Shown one piece after another: positions 46,827 to 54,256 of a stretch of 64,000 nucleotides of DNA (within the stretch, counting starts at the first letter, position 1; each line of letters starts with the position of its first letter). The translations under genes and the position numbers were made by a program. Source of the DNA: an uncultured Planctomycetales bacterium (GTDB taxonomy: Bacteria; Planctomycetota; MHYJ01; JACPRB01); contig CAYXVY010000337.1 of assembly GCA_964468745.1 (NCBI GenBank), positions 5,390 to 69,389 on the forward strand, in the 5' to 3' direction. Under the pieces are notes generated by a model. It saw nothing but the letters and a program-made list of their open reading frames with translations, searched no databases and was not told the origin of the DNA.

Positions 46827-47823
46827 CTCGCGCGTCGCGCACCCACGATGAAAATTCGGCGTGCCTGTCGTGCGGCGGCTGAGAGAAGGCCAGGACCGTG
46901 ACCTCTGCATCGCCGAGGGCCGCGGCAATCGATGCGTGCGTCGCGCTGTCCGCGGGCGCCGTCGCGATCGTGGCGCGCAGCCGCTCGAGCGTACGGTCCC
47001 GTGCGCGCGCAATCGCAGCCGCGTGGTCCGGGAGCGCGGACAGTCGGGCGATGCCCGCGTTGCAGCGCGCTTCGACGTCGAACCCGGCGAGATACCCGCC
47101 CGTCACGAGTGCGCCGCGGACATCTTCCGCCCTCGGATGCCCGCCGATCTCCTTGAGCAGCATCTCCGCCTCTGCGATGAACGCGTCGCGATCCGTCGGA
47201 GAGAACCCCCTGCCGTCCTTGACGCGCGTCGTGCACGCACGCACGCGCGCCACGACGCCGAGCTCAGAATCATCCGCGACGCCGAGCGCCGTCTCGCGCA
47301 GCTGGCGATGCCTGCAGAGCCCTTCCATGCGGTCGGCCCACACGTCGAATTGGGCTGCCGAGCGGCACGACCGCCAGCGGCGCTCGAATTCCTCGATGCT
47401 CACGCGTTCGCCCAGTCCCTGCCGGATGCGCTGCACCAGCAGCTCAGGAAAACGTTCGACGTACTCCTGCGCACAGGGGCCTGTTGCGGTGTCCGCCCAG
47501 AACTGGTCGATTGTTTCTCCCTGCGCGTCGCGGACCACGATCCACAGCAGGTCGTCCACGACGTCGAATCTGCGGCGGAGTTCACCGGCTTCGGCGCGCC
47601 GCACGGCCGCCACCGGCACACGCGCGCACAGCTCCGCGACGTCGGGGGAGCGAAGCAGGACCGCCTCGCCGCACGGGATCAGGTCTCAGTGGACAGGGGC
47701 GTCGATCCCGATCAGCAGCACGCGCGCCAAGGCCGTGTCTCCGCTCCAGCGCGGCGCAGGCGGCACATCGACGGCCACAACGGCTCCGCCCAGCACGAGG
47801 GCCGCGATCAGTCGCGCGTGCAT
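46795..47823 (-). CDS. Candidate exported thioredoxin-like selenoprotein (in-frame UGA at codon 46)
   Basis: MHARLIAALVLGGAVVA signal, then ..DAPVH-[TGA 47686-47688]-DLIPC-GEAVLLRSPDVAELC..LRRRFDV..WIVVRDAQGE (Trx-like); in frame with ORF 46795..47619; SECIS-like hairpin. Confidence 0.72.
47650..47669 (-). promoter_or_regulatory. SECIS-like hairpin
   Basis: GCGAGGCG-GUCC-UGCUUCGC with apical G25-U26 downstream of the UGA. Confidence 0.6.
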
Positions 47824-47852
47824 CGCACCACTATACACGCAGCGGGGGCCGG

Positions 47853-48465
47853 CTATTCCAGCGCGACCTCGTGCCGAACCGCGCGGTCGCCGGCGGCGTC
47901 GTTCACGAGCGTGAGAATGGGTGCGATACGGCCCCACGCGGAGGCTCGCGGCGCCCGCAGGACGATCGTGATCGCGTGCGCGTGGATTGTTGCGAGCAAC
48001 TCGACAACGGCGGTGCGCAAGCCGTCGTCGGGATTGGAGTCGCGCGCAATTCGCACGGTCAGTTCGCACCGTGACGGTCGCGCCACCAGGTGCACGTCGC
48101 CCGAGGATCGTTCGACATCCCTCGGTGGCGGGCGGGTGTCCGGGCCGGGCATGGATCCGCGATCGGGGCGCGGCGCAAACCGCAGCGCGACGCGCGTCGT
48201 GCCGTGCGAGAGATCGAGCGCCCGCACGTCCGATCGAGCGGCCTGCTCCGCCAGCGCGCTGATTGCGGCCATCGAGACGTCGGCATCGACCGCGACCGCG
48301 ACGGCGCCCGAACGTCCCCGATCACGAAGCACGCGCGTTGCGTCGGGCAGATCGACGCTGCCCACGCGAACCATGCCGTCGCGCTCGACGCGCAGCATCC
48401 CTGCAGGCAGGGGTTCAGACTCCTGCCCGCACGCGGAGAGCAGGAGGAGCGCGATTACACTCCGG
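47853..48465 (-). CDS. Lipoprotein-like protein with ExbD/TolR-like periplasmic segments; start codon unclear
   Basis: IALLLLSA-C lipobox-like; V.V..D..V....I..L pattern; no in-frame start near the signal. Confidence 0.45.
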
Positions 48466-48961
48466 AGCGCACCAGGACGTGCGTGTCCCCCATCGACGGC
48501 GCGGAAATCTTGCGCGCTTCGATGCGGTACTTTTTCGCCTTCGCGTCGAACGTCAGCAGCAACGCCATGCGCGAGGTGCAATGCGGGCACTGGACGCGAT
48601 GGTTGTAGAGCTTCCGGGTGATCCGGAGTGGATTGCCGCAGGTGCACAGCAGCATCATATCCTCCGGCGGCTCCGGAAGGCCGGGCTGCTTGGGCTCATC
48701 GACGTAGCTGTCCACGAACATCGGCACGGCGATGGCGGCGCCCGACGCCGTATGCTGTGTGAAGACCGTGAACTTGCGGGTGCAGCCGTGGCATTCCCAC
48801 ACACGGTCGCCACCTGTGCGCGTCGCGAATACGATTTCCCCGCACAGACACGCGATCTCGACGAGCGCGTCGAGAGGATGTCCGCACGATGTGTCTCTCT
48901 CGGAATCGTACATCTCGCCTCCTACCACCTGTGCATTATCGTACCCATATGCGTCGGCCAT
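48455..48961 (-). CDS. Double Zn-ribbon protein
   Basis: CLCG..CHGC, CTCG..CPHC. Confidence 0.75.
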   Translation of the reverse strand: MADAYGYDNAQVVGGEMYDSERDTSCGHPLDALVEIACLCGEIVFATRTGGDRVWECHGCTRKFTVFTQHTASGAAIAVPMFVDSYVDEPKQPGLPEPPEDMMLLCTCGNPLRITRKLYNHRVQCPHCTSRMALLLTFDAKAKKYRIEARKISAPSMGDTHVLVRSGV

Positions 48962-48971
48962 GCAAGACGAA

Positions 48972-49415
48972 TCAGGCCATATCGGCCCGCCGTGGCCAGA
49001 GCCCGTACGTCCGCGTTTCCGGCACGTATCGCAACTGCAGGAGCAGCGGCGTTGCGCAGTCGGGGCACGGACGCGTGGTGTCGTACATCGCTCGTGAAGC
49101 GACGAGCTCCGCGTGGCACGGGGGGCAGACGAAGTGCATCACGTCCGGCACGCTCTCGCGCGGCTCCTCGCGATGGACTCCGTCTTCGACGAACAACGGG
49201 AGCACCGACTCCTCGCCTGTGGCGCGATGGGTTTGGAAGACGACCAGGAACTTGCGTTCGCAGCGCCGGCACGCCACGGGCTCGTCCGCCGCGCCGCGAT
49301 CGACCTCGACGACGAGCCCGCACAGGCACGAGACGTGCAGCGCCGATTCAATGGGTGCGTGCACCGGAACGGGCGCGCGCCGGAGCGGGGCGCGAGCGAC
49401 CTTGCGCGGCGACAT
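48972..49415 (-). CDS. Double Zn-ribbon protein (tandem paralogue)
   Basis: CLCG..CRRC, CPPC..CPDC; colinear with 48455..48961. Confidence 0.7.
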   Translation of the reverse strand: MSPRKVARAPLRRAPVPVHAPIESALHVSCLCGLVVEVDRGAADEPVACRRCERKFLVVFQTHRATGEESVLPLFVEDGVHREEPRESVPDVMHFVCPPCHAELVASRAMYDTTRPCPDCATPLLLQLRYVPETRTYGLWPRRADMA

Positions 49416-49473
49416 CCCTGCTTAGACACCACGCATCAAGCGCCCATATGGGGAATCAAGGACCCATCGCGAT

Positions 49474-50904
49474 TTACGATCCGCGTTCGGCGCTCGGGGG
49501 GGCCTTCTTCAGCTTCTGCCCCTCTTTCGTGTCCTCGACGTGCCAACCCTTCGCCTTGATCGCGTCGCGGAGTTGATCGGACTCCTTGAAGTTCTTCGCC
49601 TTTCGCGCCGCCGCCCGCTGATCCGCGAGCGCGACCACCTCGGGCGGAGCCTGGTCATCGGAGGTGTCGAGAAAGCCGAAGACCGAATTGAATCTCTCCA
49701 GGGTCTCGAGCGCGCCGGGCACCGCGGCGCCGCGGTCGAGCGAGCGGTTGACGTCCGTGACGAACTCGTGCACCGCGCCCAGGGCGCCGGCGACGTTAAG
49801 GTCGTCGTCCATCGCAGACGTGAAGGCGGCCTTCGCCTTCGTCGCCGCCTCGGCGTCCGCGCCGGGAGTCGGTACGAGGCGGGTACGGAAATCCCGGAAG
49901 CGCTGGACGGCGGCTGCCGCGTCCTCGAAGCTCTTGAGCGTGTAGTTCACCTGCATCCGGTACTGCGTGCTCGTCAGCGCGTACCGGATGGCGTGGGGCG
50001 ACCACTGCTTGAGCAGGTCCGCGACGGTGAAGAACGTCCCGTCGGACTTGGACATCTTCTTTCCATTCCAGAGCAGGTGCCGCGCGTGCATCCAGTACCG
50101 CACGAACGGCTTGCCGTTGGCGGACTCGCTCTGCGCAATCTCGCACTCGTGGTGCGGGAAAATGTTGTCCTCGCCGCCGGTGTGGATGTCGAAGGTCTCG
50201 CCGAGATACTTCTTCGACATCGCCGAGCACTCGATGTGCCAGCCCGGGAAGCCGCGTCCCCACGGCGAGTCGAATTGCATGAGGTGCCCGGGGTCGGTCT
50301 TCCAGAGCGCGAAATCGGCCGGGTGGCGCTTCTCCGGATTCACGTCGACGCGCGCGCCCGCCTTCATCTGGTCCAGCGTGTTGTTGGACAACCGCCCGTA
50401 GGACGCAAACTTCGTCACTTCAAAGTAGATGTTGCCGCCGACGCGATACGCGAGACCCTTCCCGAGCAGCACCCCGATCATCTCGATCATCTCGGGGACG
50501 TGCGCGGTGGCCTTCGGGTAGACGTGCGCGTCGAGGAATCCGAGCGTGCGCCGCGCGTCCATGTACTCCTTCGTGAAGTGCTCCGCGACTTGGTAGGGGT
50601 CGTTGACGTTGACACCCTTCTCGCGCAGCCGGCGCAGTCCCTCTTCCATCTTGTCGACGCCCGCCTCGACATCGTCGCGGGTGAGATGCCCGACGTCGGT
50701 GATGTTCATCACCTGCGTGACGGCGTGGCCGGTGTACTCGAGATACCGCCGCAGCGTGTCGGCGAAGAGAAACGTGCGGAAGTTCCCGACGTGCGGAGAG
50801 TCGTACACCGTGGGCCCGCAGTTGTAGACCCGGACCTTGCCCGCGTCGAGGGGCTGGAAGTCCTCGAGCTTGCGCGTGAGCGAATTGAAGAACCGCAGGG
50901 GCAT
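49474..50904 (-). CDS. cysS: Cysteinyl-tRNA synthetase
   Basis: CGPTVYD..HVGN, GFPGWHIECS, HHECEIAQS, KMSKS. Confidence 0.98.
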   Translation of the reverse strand: MPLRFFNSLTRKLEDFQPLDAGKVRVYNCGPTVYDSPHVGNFRTFLFADTLRRYLEYTGHAVTQVMNITDVGHLTRDDVEAGVDKMEEGLRRLREKGVNVNDPYQVAEHFTKEYMDARRTLGFLDAHVYPKATAHVPEMIEMIGVLLGKGLAYRVGGNIYFEVTKFASYGRLSNNTLDQMKAGARVDVNPEKRHPADFALWKTDPGHLMQFDSPWGRGFPGWHIECSAMSKKYLGETFDIHTGGEDNIFPHHECEIAQSESANGKPFVRYWMHARHLLWNGKKMSKSDGTFFTVADLLKQWSPHAIRYALTSTQYRMQVNYTLKSFEDAAAAVQRFRDFRTRLVPTPGADAEAATKAKAAFTSAMDDDLNVAGALGAVHEFVTDVNRSLDRGAAVPGALETLERFNSVFGFLDTSDDQAPPEVVALADQRAAARKAKNFKESDQLRDAIKAKGWHVEDTKEGQKLKKAPPSAERGS

Positions 50905-50907
50905 GAC

Positions 50908-51387
50908 CTAGGCCCCGCCTACCCGTTTCAGCAGGGCGACGGCGAGGCAGGCGATGGCTTCGCTGTGCCCGACGGGTCCGAGGCCTTCGGCGGTTTTGGC
51001 CTTGACGTTGACGGCGCCTTCCGCGAGATGCGCGAGCCGCGCGATGCTGCGCGCGATTTCCTTCTTTCGTTCGCCAAGTTTCGGTTCCTCCGCCACGATG
51101 GTGACGTCGATGTTCTCAATCGTCCAACGCCCGCGAAGTTCGTCGAGCGCGCCATTCAGGAACTGCTCGCTGGCCGCCCCCTTCCAGCGCGGATCGGTGT
51201 CCGGAAAGCGATCCCCGATGTCGCCCGCCCCGGCCGCCCCCAGGAGCGCGTCCACGACGGCATGCAGCACGACGTCGCCGTCGGAATGCCCCTCGAGTCC
51301 GCGCGGGTGATCGATGGCGACGCCGCCGAGAAGGAGGCGCCGACCGGAGACCAGCTTGTGGATGTCGAACCCGAGTCCGACCGACAT
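50908..51387 (-). CDS. ispF: 2-C-methyl-D-erythritol 2,4-cyclodiphosphate synthase
   Basis: G.GFDIH, GHSDGDV..HA..DALLGA, GDIG..FP, VKAKTAE. Confidence 0.96.
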   Translation of the reverse strand: MSVGLGFDIHKLVSGRRLLLGGVAIDHPRGLEGHSDGDVVLHAVVDALLGAAGAGDIGDRFPDTDPRWKGAASEQFLNGALDELRGRWTIENIDVTIVAEEPKLGERKKEIARSIARLAHLAEGAVNVKAKTAEGLGPVGHSEAIACLAVALLKRVGGA

Positions 51388-51405
51388 GTGAGCGGCGATT
51401 ATACT

Positions 51406-52713
51406 ATGGTCATGTCGCTCCTTCTCCTCTGTTCGCTCGCGCTGCAGGGCTCTGCCGAGCTGGACGAAACAATTGCGATCGAGCGGCGCAAGATGGCGAT
51501 TACGCTCGAGGAGATGAGGGCGTGGGGCTGGGCGCGACTGGAATACCGCAAGCTTCTGCGGCTGGCACCCAAGGACGAGGTCGCTCAGCGGAAGCTCGTC
51601 GGCACCGAGGCGATCGCGCTGACGAACGAGAAAACCACGCCGGAACTTGTCAGCAAGTATGTGTCGATGCTCGCGGAGATCGCCCGCATCGCGGCGGACG
51701 GTCACGCGGCCTTGGCAAAATCGGGCGACGATGCGGAGCGCCATTGGCGGCTTGCGCTTCTCTACGCGCCCGCGCGAGAAGACGCCCTTGCGGCGCTCAA
51801 ATTCGCCGGCGGCAGCGATCCGATCTGGAAGGACGTCCGCTGGAAAGACCTGCTCGCGAAGGCGGATTCCGGCACGCCCGTTGACGAGAAGAGCGACCTC
51901 GAGACGAAGTGGTCGATCAAGACGACGAAGCGCGACGCGCCAAGCCTCGCATGGGAGGGTGTCGACGTCGAGCAGGACCACCTGCGCCGGCTCGCGCGCC
52001 AGGCGGAGGCGTCCGCGTCGCTGCTGCGGATTGCGCTCGGCGATGCGGAACTCAAGCCGTGCGTCAAGCGGATCGTCGTCATGACCGGCAAAGCCCCCTA
52101 TTCCCGCTACATCGACGACTTCGTCGTTGCGGACGATGCGGTGAAGAAGCTGCTCAAGAAAACCGGAGGGCTGCAGAACATCCAGCGCGACGAGTTCGTC
52201 GAGTTCGCGTTCGACAAGGGCTCCGACTGGCACGACCACAACATCGCGCACGCCGTGGGTGAGTTCGTACTCGCCTCCGCGCTCGGCAAACGCGACTACG
52301 ACGACATGCCCGCGTGGCTCAAGGAAGGGGTCGGTTGCCTCTGCGACATCCTCTTCCGCGGGAGCGTGAAGGCGTCCTGTGTCGAGGTTCCGACCGGCAC
52401 GGGCGCGGGTGACGTGCCGTGGACGGACTCGACACGCTGGGATGAGAATCTGAAGGGGCTCGTCGCGAAGGGGCGCGACCCGGAGCTGACAGACGTCTTC
52501 GCGGTGACGCTCAACGCGATGAAGGGGGACCACCGCGCGAAGGCGGCGAGCGTCGTCAGGATGCTCATCTTGCGCTGGCCGGCGGGTTTTCGGGCGATCG
52601 TTGCCGGGGTGCGGAAGGAGGGGGCGATGTCTCGCGGCGCCTTCGAAGCGGCGCTCGGCATCACCATCGAAGAGCTCGACGAGTTCTGGCGACGCTGGCT
52701 GCGGGGCGCGTGA
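51406..52713 (+). CDS. Secreted hypothetical protein, possibly with a zincin-like C-terminal domain
   Basis: Signal MSLLLLCSLAL-Q; HAVGE and P.WL.EG-like segments seen in MA-clan peptidase-like domains. Confidence 0.65.
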   Translation: MVMSLLLLCSLALQGSAELDETIAIERRKMAITLEEMRAWGWARLEYRKLLRLAPKDEVAQRKLVGTEAIALTNEKTTPELVSKYVSMLAEIARIAADGHAALAKSGDDAERHWRLALLYAPAREDALAALKFAGGSDPIWKDVRWKDLLAKADSGTPVDEKSDLETKWSIKTTKRDAPSLAWEGVDVEQDHLRRLARQAEASASLLRIALGDAELKPCVKRIVVMTGKAPYSRYIDDFVVADDAVKKLLKKTGGLQNIQRDEFVEFAFDKGSDWHDHNIAHAVGEFVLASALGKRDYDDMPAWLKEGVGCLCDILFRGSVKASCVEVPTGTGAGDVPWTDSTRWDENLKGLVAKGRDPELTDVFAVTLNAMKGDHRAKAASVVRMLILRWPAGFRAIVAGVRKEGAMSRGAFEAALGITIEELDEFWRRWLRGA

Positions 52714-53090
52714 TGCTGATCGCTCTACTCGTCGCTGCAGCGTTCGGCGCGGCGCTGTCGATCTACACGTTGCGCGTGATGGCCTGCGGGGGCGACGCGT
52801 GCGATTTCGTGATGTCGAGTCGATTCGCGCGCGTCTTCGGATTCCCGAACGCGGCGCTCGCGCTGGCATACAACGTCGCGCTGATGGCGTTCGCGTCGCT
52901 GCGCCTGGCGCACATCGCTGTGCCGCTCTGGCCTGCGCTTGCGGCGTGTGCGGCAAGCCTCGTCATGACGGCCTATCTCGCGTTCGCGCTGCTCGTTCGC
53001 GTGAAGCGGACCTGACGGCTCTGAATCGCGGGCTACGCGATCAACGCGGCGGTCGCCGCGATCCTCGGCGCGCTCTGGTTCTACAGCTGA
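52713..53090 (+). CDS. Vitamin K epoxide reductase (VKOR)-family protein with U-x-x-U active site (candidate diseleno-protein)
   Basis: Loop CGGDAC.FVMSS..ARVFGFPNA.L...Y; TM; then KRT-TGA(53013)-R-L-TGA(53022)-IAGYAIN and a final TM to the TGA at 53088. Confidence 0.85.
53025..53060 (+). promoter_or_regulatory. Two tandem SECIS-like hairpins
   Basis: AUCGCG-GGCUA-CGCGAU (53025-53041) and CGCGGC-GGUC-GCCGCG (53045-53060). Confidence 0.6.
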
Positions 53091-54127
53091 AGCAGGGGCA
53101 GCAGCCTGTTGGGCGACTGCAGCATCAGGAGCGAGAGCGACGTCGCATACGCACGGCAGCAGAGGCAGTACTCGATCGTCCACGAGCCGTCGGCGTTCTG
53201 GATCTTGACGAGCTGGCCGCGCAGCTTCGGAAACCACTCCTTCCACGCCGGGCCGTTCTCGTGGAGCAGCGCCATGACGGCGTAGAATCCGCCGCAGTAG
53301 TCCCATTCCGAGATCTTGCCGCCGTAGTCGTCGCCGAGCTTCTTGCCCACGAGGACCTTCACGCCCGCCGTGACTTCCTTCATGTCGCCGCGGCCCATGC
53401 CGTACAGGATGCGCAGGCCCGCGGAGGTCGGATAGAACATCTGGCCGCCCCCGCCGCGCACCGACGGGTGCTGATCGAATCCGCCGGAGGGGTGCGCGCA
53501 GCTTTTTACGAACTTCTCGACCTTCGAGATGCTCGCGTTCTCAACGACGGCCCCCGAGTTGTGCGCCGCCCGAAGCGCCAGCCAGACATTGCACGTGATC
53601 GCCAGGTCGGAATTTCCCCCCGACCCCTGTGCGTCCCACCCGCCGTCCTTGTTCTGCTTCCTATAGAGGTAGGCGAGCGCCTTGCGAAGGGCGGCCGCGA
53701 GCGGCTCGGAATCCTCCTGCGGGTCCTGCATTCCGTAGAACTCCGCGAGCGCGAGGGTGGCGCAGGAGTGATCGTAGAAGATGCCCATTCCGGTCGAGTC
53801 GTGCTGCGTGATCTCGCCGGAATTCTTCTGGATCGCGATCATCTTCGCGATGGCGCGCGTGATGGCTTCCTTGTGCGGCCCGCGCGACGGCGTACTCCCC
53901 TCGGCGGCGAGCGCAAGCGCGGACAGGGCCGTGATGGCCGTTGAAGGCGCGCCCGAGCGTTCGCATCCCCACAGGCCGTCGGGATTCTGGTTCTTGAGAA
54001 GCCAGTCGATCCCCTTCTTGATGGACGCCTCGGCGTCGAGCGGCTTTTCGGGGACGGATTTGTCGTCCTGCGGCCACACCGATGCGGCACCCGTCACCAT
54101 CAGCAGGAGCGCCAGTCGTAGGGCCAT
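53081..54127 (-). CDS. Secreted prenyltransferase/squalene-oxidase-repeat protein
   Basis: KGIDWLLKNQNPDG.W, QNKDGGW, QNADGSW QW repeats; signal peptide. Confidence 0.85.
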   Translation of the reverse strand: MALRLALLLMVTGAASVWPQDDKSVPEKPLDAEASIKKGIDWLLKNQNPDGLWGCERSGAPSTAITALSALALAAEGSTPSRGPHKEAITRAIAKMIAIQKNSGEITQHDSTGMGIFYDHSCATLALAEFYGMQDPQEDSEPLAAALRKALAYLYRKQNKDGGWDAQGSGGNSDLAITCNVWLALRAAHNSGAVVENASISKVEKFVKSCAHPSGGFDQHPSVRGGGGQMFYPTSAGLRILYGMGRGDMKEVTAGVKVLVGKKLGDDYGGKISEWDYCGGFYAVMALLHENGPAWKEWFPKLRGQLVKIQNADGSWTIEYCLCCRAYATSLSLLMLQSPNRLLPLLQL

Positions 54128-54256
54128 ACCCTTTGGACGCCGCGGACCTCGAAAACTTCGTCGGGAACCGCGGGATTCTTCTCGACGACGCGTTGATTTT
54201 TCATGTCCCGTCGGGGTCTAATCACGGGGCAGCCGCAACCAAGAGCACAAAAGGGG

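Noticed and set aside
38287-53024. Genome-wide UGA reassignment (code 4/25) as the explanation for the in-frame TGAs
   Set aside because: Many conserved genes end correctly at TGA, Trp is encoded by TGG, and the internal TGAs fall at Cys-type positions.
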